Positions 37,038 through 46,930 of a DNA stretch of 64,000 nt are shown here, piece after piece. Under the pieces are notes generated by a model. That model made no database searches, had not been told where the DNA came from, and was given only the letters and a program-made list of their open reading frames with translations. A program made the position numbers and the translations under genes. Each line of letters opens with the position of its first letter. The first letter of the stretch is position 1. Source of the DNA: an uncultured Gammaproteobacteria bacterium. Its GTDB lineage: Bacteria; Patescibacteriota; Microgenomatia; Daviesbacterales; UBA10151. The stretch covers positions 11,782 to 75,781 of the forward strand of contig CAZDFU010000002.1 in NCBI GenBank assembly GCA_964504985.1. Reading direction: 5' to 3'.

Positions 37038-39362
37038 TTATCTATTAAATCCGCCCCTACCGCCTCTGTCCCGTCCGCCACCCCGGTCTCTAAACCCTCC
37101 GCTTGGCCTATCTCCAAAATTTCTGCGGGGCCTATCTCCGAATCTTGGTCTAGCGCCTTCACGGAATGAGTCAGTAAAACCTCTTCTTTCTCTGGGTCTG
37201 AATCCACTGCCTGCTGGTCTAAACCCACCTGAAGATTCACCCTGCCCTCTGCCAAAGGGCCTGCCTTCTGATTCTGGTTTAATATCTGCTCCAAAAAGCA
37301 TTGACAAACCAATTTTTCCCTCAGGGGATACCTCAGTCACTCTAACTTTAACGTCTTGCCCCTCAGAAACTACATCTTCTACTTTTTCAACACGGCCTGG
37401 CGCCATTTGTGAAATATGAACCAAACCATCTTTACCAGGCAAAATATTAACAAAAGCCCCAAAAGGAGCCAGCCTGACAACTTTTCCCGTAAATTCCTCT
37501 CCCACTTTAACTTCTTTGAATTGACCCTCGATTGATTCCAGGGCTGCTTTTATTGAATCTGGGTTTGTGGCTGAAACCATCACAGTCCCATCATCTTCAA
37601 TATCAATCTGTGCTCCTGTTTTAGCGATGATTGCATTGATATTTTTGCCTCCTGGACCGATCAAGGCCCCTATTTCTTCTGGTTTGATATGAATAATTTC
37701 TACACGGGGCGCATGCGGTGACATTTCTCCAGGTGCAGGAATTGCCTTTGCCATCTCTGCCAAGATAAAATCACGGGCTTTTTTACCCATATTTAGTGCC
37801 TCTTGTATAATTTCAAAACTAATGCCTTCAAGTTTAGTATCCATTTGTATAGCAGTAACGCCGTTTTTGGTACCCGCCACCTTAAAGTCCATTTCACCGT
37901 AAAAATCTTCCACTGCCCGCATATCAGTAATCACCTGAAACTTTTTATCATTAGATATCAAACCTAAAGCTATACCGGCCACTGGTTCAATCGGAACACC
38001 AGCATCAAATAAAGCTAAACTGGAAGCACAAATTGCTGCTTGTGAAGTAGAGGCATTGGCTCCTAAAACTTCGGAGACAATTCTGATAGCATATGGGAAT
38101 TGACTTTCCTTAGGTATGACTGGTTCAAGGGCTTTTTCTCCTAAAGCCCCATGACCAACATCCCGTCTTGAGGGAGCACCGAGTCTTTTAACCTCCCCTG
38201 TTGCAAAAGGATTAATACTCATATTGTAATAATGCATAAAGCGCTTAATCCGCTCACCCTCCATTCCTTCAATTGTTTGTCCTAAAGAGGGAGCTCCTAG
38301 AGTAACTACTGATAATAATTGTGAATCGCCTCTGGAAAATAGAGCTGAGCCATGTGTCCTGGGCAATACCCCAACTTCTATATTAATTGGCCTAACTTCA
38401 TCCATAGCTCTGCCGTCAACCCTTTTACCCTGATTTAAAATTAAATCATGCATAATTTCCTTGGCAGCCTTGTCAAATACACCAGAGATTATTAAAGGGG
38501 TTAAAATGTCTGTATATTTTGTGGTAAGTTCTGCTTTTATCTGATCTGCCATTGAATCATGCCAGGCGGTTTTTTCATCAAATAAAGCTTTTTCAATCCG
38601 CTCCCTGGTAATTTGCTTAACTTCAACCAGCAAGGCTTCTTCAACTTCCTCAGCTATTGTTGAATAAGATTGTTTTTCTTTACCTGCCTCAGAAACAAAT
38701 TCCTCAATTAAAGATATTATTGGCTGAGAATGCTGATGAGCTTCTTTAATTGCATTAAAAACAATCTCATCTGAAACTTGATTTCCTTTAGTTTCAATCA
38801 TGGCCACTTTATCTTTTGTAGAAGCCACGAATAGATCTAAGTTAGAATTTTCCAGCTCTTCTATAGTGGGATTAATCATCAATTTTCCTTCTGCCTCTCC
38901 AATCCTGGCCACACCCAGAGGACCATGCCAGGGGATAGAGGATACAGATAAAGCTGCTGAGGCTGCAATTAAACCTAAAATATCCGGATCATTGGATTGA
39001 TCAATTGATAAAACAGTAATAATTACCTGTACTTCGTTATGATATTCCTTAGGAAAAAGGGGTCTGATGGAACGGTCAATCAGTCTGCCTGTTAAAACAG
39101 CCTCATCTGAAGGCCTGGTTTCCCGCTTAATAAATCTGGAAGAAGAAATCCTGCCTCCTGCGTAATGTTTCTCTACAAATTCAACTGAGAGGGGAAAATA
39201 ACCTATATCTTCAACCAGAGGCTTGCTGACTACTGTTGCTAGTACCACAGTTTCACCCCAAGACACCAAAACAGAAGCATCTGCCTGACTGGCCAGTCTG
39301 CCTGTTTCTAAACGTAATTTACGACCATTTAGGTCTAGTTCTTTTGTAACAATTTTTGACAT
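37038..39362 (-). CDS. pnp: Polynucleotide phosphorylase
   Basis: RLIDRSIRPLFP, RTHGSALF, DFKVAGT, KH and S1 domains, RGG-rich tail. Confidence 0.98.
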   Translation of the reverse strand: MSKIVTKELDLNGRKLRLETGRLASQADASVLVSWGETVVLATVVSKPLVEDIGYFPLSVEFVEKHYAGGRISSSRFIKRETRPSDEAVLTGRLIDRSIRPLFPKEYHNEVQVIITVLSIDQSNDPDILGLIAASAALSVSSIPWHGPLGVARIGEAEGKLMINPTIEELENSNLDLFVASTKDKVAMIETKGNQVSDEIVFNAIKEAHQHSQPIISLIEEFVSEAGKEKQSYSTIAEEVEEALLVEVKQITRERIEKALFDEKTAWHDSMADQIKAELTTKYTDILTPLIISGVFDKAAKEIMHDLILNQGKRVDGRAMDEVRPINIEVGVLPRTHGSALFSRGDSQLLSVVTLGAPSLGQTIEGMEGERIKRFMHYYNMSINPFATGEVKRLGAPSRRDVGHGALGEKALEPVIPKESQFPYAIRIVSEVLGANASTSQAAICASSLALFDAGVPIEPVAGIALGLISNDKKFQVITDMRAVEDFYGEMDFKVAGTKNGVTAIQMDTKLEGISFEIIQEALNMGKKARDFILAEMAKAIPAPGEMSPHAPRVEIIHIKPEEIGALIGPGGKNINAIIAKTGAQIDIEDDGTVMVSATNPDSIKAALESIEGQFKEVKVGEEFTGKVVRLAPFGAFVNILPGKDGLVHISQMAPGRVEKVEDVVSEGQDVKVRVTEVSPEGKIGLSMLFGADIKPESEGRPFGRGQGESSGGFRPAGSGFRPRERRGFTDSFREGARPRFGDRPRRNFGDRPSGGFRDRGGGRDRGGRGGFNR

Positions 39363-39371
39363 TAAATTTTT

Positions 39372-39502
39372 TTGGAGGATTTGGAAACTGGATAAGAGGT
39401 AACTAGCTGTCAGTCTTCAGCTTTCAGCTTTCAGACAAAATCTGAAAACTGAGAACTGATATCTGATGACTACATAACTCTTTGCAATCCCCAAACCCTA
39501 AA
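39372..39502. promoter_or_regulatory. Long imperfect hairpin in the pnp leader containing inverted heptamer arrays
   Basis: ttggaggatttggaaactggataagaggtaact-agctgtcagtcttcagctttcagctttcaga pairs with tctgaaaactgagaactgatatctgatgactacataactctttgcaatccccaaaccctaaa. Confidence 0.75.
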
Positions 39503-39527
39503 CTTTTTTAATTATATCACAAAGTTA

Positions 39528-39797
39528 TCATTTAGACAATCCTAATTTATCTATGACAACTTTATATCTTTCTTCATCTTTTTTAACTAAATATTGAAGC
39601 AGCCTTCTTCTTTTATTAACCATAGACAAAAGCCCTCTTCTTGAATGTATGTCGTGAGTATGTTCTTTCAAATGACTGGTAAGATTTTTAATTTGTTCTG
39701 TTAAAAGAGCAACCTGAACTTCAGGAGAACCTGTATCACCAGATTTTGTGGCAAATTCTTTTATTATTTTCTGCTTAATTTTTGGATCAAGTGGCAT
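39528..39797 (-). CDS. rpsO: 30S ribosomal protein S15
   Basis: [22 protein letters not shown] motifs; start MPLDPK after AAGGAGG. Confidence 0.98.
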   Translation of the reverse strand: MPLDPKIKQKIIKEFATKSGDTGSPEVQVALLTEQIKNLTSHLKEHTHDIHSRRGLLSMVNKRRRLLQYLVKKDEERYKVVIDKLGLSK

Positions 39798-39889
39798 GGC
39801 ATCCTCCTTATTTTGGAATAACCTCGGTGCCAAGAAGTAATTCCTTAAACTTGTAGGCGTAGTTTATCAGAAAGGACTGGAATATGCAA
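39798..39889 (-). promoter_or_regulatory. rpsO promoter and structured leader
   Basis: TTGCAT-17nt-TAAACT; ggaattac-ttc..gag-gttattcc hairpin; AAGGAGG. Confidence 0.55.
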
Positions 39890-39892
39890 TAT

Positions 39893-42800
39893 CTACTTTA
39901 TTATTAAACGGAAGAGAACGAAACCACCCAGAAGCAGCACTACGATCACCATCACTACCTTAACATTAAAAGGCAAACCTTCTCCTGCTTTTTTTTGAGC
40001 TTGGGCTGCAGGCTGAGAACTTTCTGTTGCTTCACCTTGTACCTGACCCTGTTCACCAACACCAATATTACCCTGCTGATTTTCACCAGACACACCTAAC
40101 ACTCCAGAAGCAAATCCAACGGCTGTTGGTTGTATCGAGACTCCCAAAACCTGATTTTGCGGGGAGGTACTTCTAACGGAACAGTCATGGACTGCACAAC
40201 CTAATCCATCTCCACCATCACCTCCACTGCTTGAACTTGTGGAAGAAGTTGAGGTAGAAGTGGAACCAGTATGAGTAGTAGCATAGTATGAAGCCTTGGT
40301 GGCTTGGAATATACATAAACCATTACTTACTACACAGGTGGCAGGAGCTACAATCCCGTCAGATGTCCAGCCTGATGAAGTGCTGGAAGAACGGACTACA
40401 TTAAGTGTTTGTCCATTTAAAGCTGTTCCCACATAAATGTTTATAGTGATGGGACTGCTAAAACTTAACCCCAAATTAGGTATCCCCCATTGCATGGCCC
40501 CGTCAACCACCACTCCTGTCCCAAGTCCTGATAATGATCCTGTGGTGACATTTTGCGCGCTTAACAAAGACGTATCAATTAATCCCCCATCAGTTCTGGT
40601 AATAATAGTATTGGCTGGCAAAGATACGCTGCTTGTTCCGCCATTAACGCTGACGTTAATTGTGGAATCTCCCAAGACTACAATGGAAGAGGTTGAGCTC
40701 CCATCCCCGCTGGTGGGCACAAACTTGGCATCACTAAGCTGTTGGAAAGGAGCATTTCCAAACCTTAAAGGCTGGTCATTTTTATCCTTGGTAATTGAGG
40801 TTTCACCTTCCGTGGTCTGGCCACCAACTTCCACAAAAATATCAAAGAAGGAATCCACCTGAGGGTGGGTTCTTTGGAAATTATCCTGTGTGCTCTCAGT
40901 CATTCTATAAGTTCCCGGTTTATCTACCTCAAAAGAAGCTTTCCCATCATCATTGGTGGGAAGGATCCTTAGCCCCCCGTAGATAATTTCCTCGGTCATT
41001 ACCGGAGGTTGACCCTCAACCGGGTTAGGGGTTGAGGCGAGTGTTTTAATTGCTTCCTCTATCCTCATATCCCAGCCACCAATACCTAACTCACCTTTAT
41101 CCCATTCCCCATCTGCATTCAAATCTTTCCACTTAAAGATATCAATAATCACCTTCTTAAAATTACCAAAATCAATACCACTTACATCATTGCCTGATTG
41201 AGCCTCAATATCCGAAGGATTAGTAGTAGTCTGTATCCAGCCACTTTGTGAAGCTTCTCTCACTCTGTAAGTGCCGGGACGCAGATTATCAAGGCTGTAA
41301 CTGCCGTCTTCGCCTGTGGTAGCGGATTTCTCACCCTCATCAAAAACCCCGTTACTGTTTCCGTCGATAAAAATAGTCCAGCCGGACAATCTTTGGTCAG
41401 GATGATTAGGATCATTTGGATTATAAGAACCGTCAGCTATCATGTCCTCAAATTTCCAACCAGAGATAGTAATCTTTTTGAAATTTCCAAAATCATTATT
41501 TTCAGAATTCTCCCCTGCAGATAATGTTATCTCATATCCGTTTGTGCCATCCGGACAAATGGGGTTATTCAATGGGGTAGTTTGTGTCCAACCATCGAAG
41601 TTATCTGTACTGGTAGCGATATCCTCACAGACCCGATAAGTACCAGGTAAAAGATTTTCAAACAGATACTGTCCTGTATCTGCATCACCTGTCCAGGATT
41701 CCAAAGTTGTGTCATTATTTGGTCCACCGCTTAGGGTAATCCGCCAGCTATCTTCCTCCCACTCATTTTCTCTATCCCAGACCCCGTCTCCATTAGTGTC
41801 TATAAATTTATAGCCACTGATTGAGCCCCGCTTGGTGTTAGTAAAAGTACAGGTGATCGTTTCTCCGGTATTAGGTGTAATACTGTCGGGAGTATTGGTA
41901 CCGGTACAGGATGAACTGGTTAAATCCCAGCCCTCAGGAACATTCTCAGAAATACTGTAAGTATCGTCCGGATCAATATCAGTGAATGTTTGACTACCGC
42001 TGTTCGCTAATGTGGTTATCTGGGAAGAAGAAGCAGGCAGATTTTGACTGCTCATCTCAAAATCAAAAGTGTCATCACCTCCCAGAGTATTCTTCACTAA
42101 GACGATAGTGGCTAACTCTTTGTTGGTAAAAGTACAGGTAACAGTCTCACCGGCGCTGACATCAATTGCATCAACTGAGCTACCATCGCTACAAACGGCG
42201 CTGCTCAATTTCCATCCCGGCACTTCATCTTCTGAAACAGCATAGTTGCCGGGGAAAACTTCGGAGTCCTGGCTCTTTTTAAGCGTATTGGTTTCACTAC
42301 CGTCATCATCGAGCTGGAAGGTATCGGGGTTGCCGTTGCCAAAATTATTATGGAAGGTAAAATCCTGAGCGTTATTGGAAATGGCATCTTTGACAATAAC
42401 GACATGGCCATTAGGAATGACTGTAATGTCGAAGGTACGGGAGAAGAAGAGATCTAGGCTGTCAGTAGCTGTCACTGTAATAGTGGCTGTGCCACTGGAA
42501 TTGGCAACCGGCGTATAGGTCAGCGTTCGGGTAGCGCCGGAGCCGGAAACAGTCGGGTTTGGCACAACTGAAGCATCATTTGAGGTTGCAGACAAAATTA
42601 CTGTTTGATCAGATTCATCTGAGGGACCAGGGGAAATATTGGTGATGGTAATATTTTGTGCACCAACATCTTCATTAACTGTCTGGTTGGCAATTGCATC
42701 AAAAGACGGAGGGCGGTTATAGTTAACAGTGACATCTTGTAAAGTTGGAGTGGTATTAACAGTACCGGAAGTAGTTGCCCGCCACTGAAAATATTGATAC

Positions 42801-44200
42801 GTATCAGGCAAGGCGCTGCTTAAGTCTATTGGAGAGTTGGCTGATCCTAAAGATACCCAGGATGGACTAGTATCACCTTTGGCAAAAGCGGTATTTGATG
42901 CCCTAACTTCAAAAGTAATATCAGTTCCGGCAGCAAGACTTTCATTCCAGGATAAGGTTGAGTAAATAGTTGAGGTAGAGTTTGTATCTTTAACCTCTGA
43001 TATTTGAGTACCGCTGGTTCCGTATGTTTTATATTTTTCTGTAAAAATAAAATCATCCCCAAAATTAGTTGGCCAAGTAGAACCGCTATTGGTTGATTTA
43101 TATCCCCCTCCGCCAGTATAATCCGTGCTGCTGTTTTCACGGTACCAATCATAATCATCAGTGTCTGAGGTATTTGCCCGATGTACTACAATAGCGTATT
43201 GTGTGCCTGTGGTAACCGGGGCAGGTGAGGAAAAAACAAAGTTCACATTTCCCTTTGCGGTGGGAAGAGATGTAGGACTAACTGAGGCTGTTGCCAGGGG
43301 AGATGATGCGGTAGGTAAACCGCTGCTGGTGTTTCTAATTTCAACTGTCACATCTCCTGAACCATCATCGCTATTTTGTTTTCTTAGGCTTAAAGTTAAG
43401 CCAGTCAGCATTCCGTTTTGGGCAGGGGTGAAAGTTTGAGCTAACCATTTGGCACTGTCGAAAGTTTCTGCCGTTGTCCCTGTTGTTTGCAATTGATCAA
43501 CTATCTCTGAACCCAAGGCATTAGTCACACTGCCATCGCCACCTCCCACATCAGTGACAGTAGTTCCCGAAGAGGTTCCATTATTAAAATCTGTGACGGT
43601 GGTTACCACAAAGATAGTAAAATGGTTTAAACCTGTAATAGTGAGAGTATCTGTTTGGGCTGTTACTCCTCCTAAAGTAACAAAGGTCTGGTTATCTTCT
43701 GAGGCTTTAACCTCTACCTGTTCAGTTTTTGGGGTAGGCAAAGTTAAGGTATATTCAAAGGTACCATTTTCCATAGTAGAAGTGATATCATAAGCTTTGT
43801 CTGTCACAGGGTTTAAATTGTCATCTCCCAGGGAATTTACAGGTACTTCTTTAATTGAGATTTTGCCCGGGTTGGAAGGAAGTTTATTGAATTTTAATGT
43901 TACTTTATCATTTTGCGGAGCTTTGTATAATTGGTCAATCCTGACGTTTTCATGGGTGATGGCTATACCGCCGGGCCCATTATCCCAATCCAATACAGAT
44001 AAGGAAGCTGGCTCAACTGCTACAGCAGGAGAAACTGTTGCCGAAGCTGTAGACTCAAAAGATGTGTCTAAAACAACCTGACTATTTAACTGAGCAGAAG
44101 TAGTGGCTTCCTGGGCCAGAACCGGGAAAGTATATTGCCCAAACAATAATAAAAAGACAGTAATTAAACTAAACGCCTTTTTTAAACCTTTAAAAAACAT
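39893..44200 (-). CDS. Large surface protein (Ig/cadherin-like, prealbumin-like and SdrD B-like repeats, C-terminal TM)
   Basis: Signal peptide; two GETxTCTFTN repeats; three ISGxKFxDxNxDG...DFGN repeats; S/T linker; C-terminal TM followed by K. Confidence 0.85.
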   Translation of the reverse strand: MFFKGLKKAFSLITVFLLLFGQYTFPVLAQEATTSAQLNSQVVLDTSFESTASATVSPAVAVEPASLSVLDWDNGPGGIAITHENVRIDQLYKAPQNDKVTLKFNKLPSNPGKISIKEVPVNSLGDDNLNPVTDKAYDITSTMENGTFEYTLTLPTPKTEQVEVKASEDNQTFVTLGGVTAQTDTLTITGLNHFTIFVVTTVTDFNNGTSSGTTVTDVGGGDGSVTNALGSEIVDQLQTTGTTAETFDSAKWLAQTFTPAQNGMLTGLTLSLRKQNSDDGSGDVTVEIRNTSSGLPTASSPLATASVSPTSLPTAKGNVNFVFSSPAPVTTGTQYAIVVHRANTSDTDDYDWYRENSSTDYTGGGGYKSTNSGSTWPTNFGDDFIFTEKYKTYGTSGTQISEVKDTNSTSTIYSTLSWNESLAAGTDITFEVRASNTAFAKGDTSPSWVSLGSANSPIDLSSALPDTYQYFQWRATTSGTVNTTPTLQDVTVNYNRPPSFDAIANQTVNEDVGAQNITITNISPGPSDESDQTVILSATSNDASVVPNPTVSGSGATRTLTYTPVANSSGTATITVTATDSLDLFFSRTFDITVIPNGHVVIVKDAISNNAQDFTFHNNFGNGNPDTFQLDDDGSETNTLKKSQDSEVFPGNYAVSEDEVPGWKLSSAVCSDGSSVDAIDVSAGETVTCTFTNKELATIVLVKNTLGGDDTFDFEMSSQNLPASSSQITTLANSGSQTFTDIDPDDTYSISENVPEGWDLTSSSCTGTNTPDSITPNTGETITCTFTNTKRGSISGYKFIDTNGDGVWDRENEWEEDSWRITLSGGPNNDTTLESWTGDADTGQYLFENLLPGTYRVCEDIATSTDNFDGWTQTTPLNNPICPDGTNGYEITLSAGENSENNDFGNFKKITISGWKFEDMIADGSYNPNDPNHPDQRLSGWTIFIDGNSNGVFDEGEKSATTGEDGSYSLDNLRPGTYRVREASQSGWIQTTTNPSDIEAQSGNDVSGIDFGNFKKVIIDIFKWKDLNADGEWDKGELGIGGWDMRIEEAIKTLASTPNPVEGQPPVMTEEIIYGGLRILPTNDDGKASFEVDKPGTYRMTESTQDNFQRTHPQVDSFFDIFVEVGGQTTEGETSITKDKNDQPLRFGNAPFQQLSDAKFVPTSGDGSSTSSIVVLGDSTINVSVNGGTSSVSLPANTIITRTDGGLIDTSLLSAQNVTTGSLSGLGTGVVVDGAMQWGIPNLGLSFSSPITINIYVGTALNGQTLNVVRSSSTSSGWTSDGIVAPATCVVSNGLCIFQATKASYYATTHTGSTSTSTSSTSSSSGGDGGDGLGCAVHDCSVRSTSPQNQVLGVSIQPTAVGFASGVLGVSGENQQGNIGVGEQGQVQGEATESSQPAAQAQKKAGEGLPFNVKVVMVIVVLLLGGFVLFRLIIK

Positions 44201-44274
44201 TTTATCTGACTAATAGCCAGATATTATCCTATAAAGAGGAGATAAAGCAATAAGGGATTTCTGGGATAACAAAA

Positions 44275-45348
44275 TTATCCTAAAGATGACCCTTTGAAGA
44301 TTTTGGGGGTCAACCATTCTGGTTCAACTGTCTCGGAAATCACCCCTTCTTCTGCTGGTCTTTCTTCAGGAGAAGGTTGCGCTGAAAATGAAGGCTGTGA
44401 TTGTGTAACAGTTTCATGGTCACCTGCATCAGCCACAGGCTGAGAAGGAGCAGTTGAAGCAAGTGAAGAAGCTGCAAAGTCAGGAATGCTTTGTACTTGC
44501 CCTTGAGACTGATTTTTTGGCATTAAGGCACTCCAATCATAAGCTTGGGTAACTGGTTGCGGTTGAGACACTGGAGTTGTAAATGTTTGCGAACCTGGTT
44601 TCCTGCTGCCAACTCTTAACAAAGTTGCAACAGCCATATAAGCTTCAGGTCCCAGATTGGGATTTGTTAAATTACTTGTAGCTTCAAAGATTCCTGCTAA
44701 TAAGTTACTTCCTGCATCTGCGTCTAAAGTAAAACCCAAGTCAGAAATCACATTAGTCATTACCTCAGAAACAGAAGAAGCATTGTTATCCGCTACATTA
44801 GTTTGACCAAAATTGGTGTTAGCAGGTTGAATATCAATATTCACAATATGAGAACCGGAGAAAGCTTGACTATTGTTCTGATAAATTTGACCCAAAGCAT
44901 TTAAATTGGCAGCACCTATTACAAAAATTAAATTAAAACCACTGCCTTGATAGTGCGGGACAATCCTTCTTGGCTGGAAAGTCTGACCAGGTAAAACATG
45001 AAAGACTAAATTTAAGTTACTGTTTTCTGCATACCAGTCTAATTTTTCTAAAGCAGGTACAGTATTATCTGAAGCAGCTACCCCTTCTAAAGTTAGGGTT
45101 AAATTTCCACCCTCTGTAACAGGCAAAGTTTTTTGTATATGATCTATTCCAAAAAGATGAGACTGGCCAACTGTTATATCTGTCTCACAAACAACGCTTA
45201 CTTGCTTACCTGAGGCTTCTGATACCAAAAATAAAGCAAGTCCTGAAGCTAAGGTATCAATTGAAGCATTAGAAGGTAAAGCAATTAAGATGCTTTTGGC
45301 AGTTGGGAGTAAATTCTTAAGCTCAACAAGCTGTGAGTCGTATTTCAT
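44275..45348 (-). CDS. Degenerate DHH/NrnA-like protein with low-complexity tail
   Basis: ILIAL..D..ASGLAL and IVNID..N..FG..N..D...SSVSE scaffold; IDIQ in place of IDHH. Confidence 0.7.
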   Translation of the reverse strand: MKYDSQLVELKNLLPTAKSILIALPSNASIDTLASGLALFLVSEASGKQVSVVCETDITVGQSHLFGIDHIQKTLPVTEGGNLTLTLEGVAASDNTVPALEKLDWYAENSNLNLVFHVLPGQTFQPRRIVPHYQGSGFNLIFVIGAANLNALGQIYQNNSQAFSGSHIVNIDIQPANTNFGQTNVADNNASSVSEVMTNVISDLGFTLDADAGSNLLAGIFEATSNLTNPNLGPEAYMAVATLLRVGSRKPGSQTFTTPVSQPQPVTQAYDWSALMPKNQSQGQVQSIPDFAASSLASTAPSQPVADAGDHETVTQSQPSFSAQPSPEERPAEEGVISETVEPEWLTPKIFKGSSLG

Positions 45349-45449
45349 TGAGTTTTGAAGCAGTTAACCGGATTTTACCACAAATATCCCATAATTTCAA
45401 GCGTAAGCGAAGAAATTACAGTCTTCAAGTACTTACAGTCCGCAGAAGT

Positions 45450-46913
45450 TTATATCACCCTAAAGGATTCCACCATATCCCCTGTTTGAAAATCTATGAC
45501 TGGGTCAAAAAGCATTCCACAATCATTACCTTTTTCCACCTTATTTACTTCTTCTTTAACCTTTTTTAAGGATTTGAGTTTAGGTTCACCAATTATTTGG
45601 CCATCTCTTACAACCCTTAATCTTTGTCCTTTGGCAATAGTGCCCTCAAGCATTCTGCAGCCTGCAATCCGCTCATTTTTACCATATGGAAACTCAGCTA
45701 TGATTTCTGCCTTACCTAAAACTTCTTCCAGTTGCCCTACCTCAAGCAAAGTGTTTACTACCTCTTCTATATCTTCCAAAAGTTCATAAATAATATTGTA
45801 ATTTCTAATTAAAACATGTTCATTTTCTGCTAATTTCTGGGCTGTTGGGGCAATTTTAACATTAAACCCAACCACAATAGCTCCTACAGCTTGGGCCAAT
45901 TTTATATTTTCCTCTCCAATTTCTCCTGTGCCAGAGAAGATAACCTTAACAACATCACCACCTTTATTTTGGTCTGGGGCCAACTTCTCAAGCGATGCTT
46001 GAATCGCTTCTAAAGAACCTTGCTTATCAGCTTTAATAATAATCTTTAAACTCTTAGTTTCACCCTGTTTTAATCTATCTACCAAAGAAGTACCCAGTAG
46101 TTGGTAGTCAGCAGTTGGTACTTCTTCACCTAGGGTTGCCCCAACTGCTGGAACAGCTTCCAAGCCTAAAACCTCAATAGGCACAGATGGACCAGCCGAA
46201 TCTACGCTCTTACCAGTTGAATCAACTAATCCACGCACCTTACCTTTTACACCTCCAATTAAAACCGGATCCCCTTTTTTTAGCGTACCATTTCTTATAA
46301 GTAAGGTGGCTATGGGCCCTTTAAATTTATCTAAATTAGCCTCAATAACAACTCCTGCAGGGGAAACTGCTGGATCCCCTTTTAGCTCATTTAGTTCAGC
46401 TACCAAAAGGATTGTTTCGAGCAGCTTATCCACCCCTTCTCCTATTTTGGCTGACAAAGGCACCAGGGGAACATCTCCTCCATATTCTTCTAAATTTATT
46501 TCCCTGTCTGACAATTGTTTTTTTATTTTATTTAATTGAACATTCTTATCTACTCCTGGCAAATCTATTTTATTAACAGCCACAATCATAGGCACTTTGG
46601 CAGACTGGATATGTTTTATGGCCTCAACTGTCTGTGGCATTATCCCATCATCTGCTGCCACTACCAAAACAGCTATATCTGCCACTTTAGCACCCCTTGA
46701 TCTCATTTTTTCAAAAGCAGCATGACCAGGAGTATCAATAAAAGTTATTAGTTTTGAGTTATGAGTTACTTGGTAAGCACCAATATGTTGGGTAATCCCC
46801 CCATGCTCTTTAGCAGCCACTGAAGATTTTCTTATAAAGTCTAACAATGTGGTTTTACCGTGGTCTACGTGGCCAAGTATAGTTACTATTGGCGGTCTGA
46901 TAATTTGACTCAT
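45450..46913 (-). CDS. infB: Translation initiation factor IF-2 (minimal, no N-domain)
   Basis: [32 protein letters not shown] motifs. Confidence 0.98.
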   Translation of the reverse strand: MSQIIRPPIVTILGHVDHGKTTLLDFIRKSSVAAKEHGGITQHIGAYQVTHNSKLITFIDTPGHAAFEKMRSRGAKVADIAVLVVAADDGIMPQTVEAIKHIQSAKVPMIVAVNKIDLPGVDKNVQLNKIKKQLSDREINLEEYGGDVPLVPLSAKIGEGVDKLLETILLVAELNELKGDPAVSPAGVVIEANLDKFKGPIATLLIRNGTLKKGDPVLIGGVKGKVRGLVDSTGKSVDSAGPSVPIEVLGLEAVPAVGATLGEEVPTADYQLLGTSLVDRLKQGETKSLKIIIKADKQGSLEAIQASLEKLAPDQNKGGDVVKVIFSGTGEIGEENIKLAQAVGAIVVGFNVKIAPTAQKLAENEHVLIRNYNIIYELLEDIEEVVNTLLEVGQLEEVLGKAEIIAEFPYGKNERIAGCRMLEGTIAKGQRLRVVRDGQIIGEPKLKSLKKVKEEVNKVEKGNDCGMLFDPVIDFQTGDMVESFRVI

Positions 46914-46930
46914 ACTTAATCCTCCCCATA

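Noticed and set aside
39404-39471. Possible CRISPR or tandem array
   Set aside because: 7-nt units without spacers; no cas genes.
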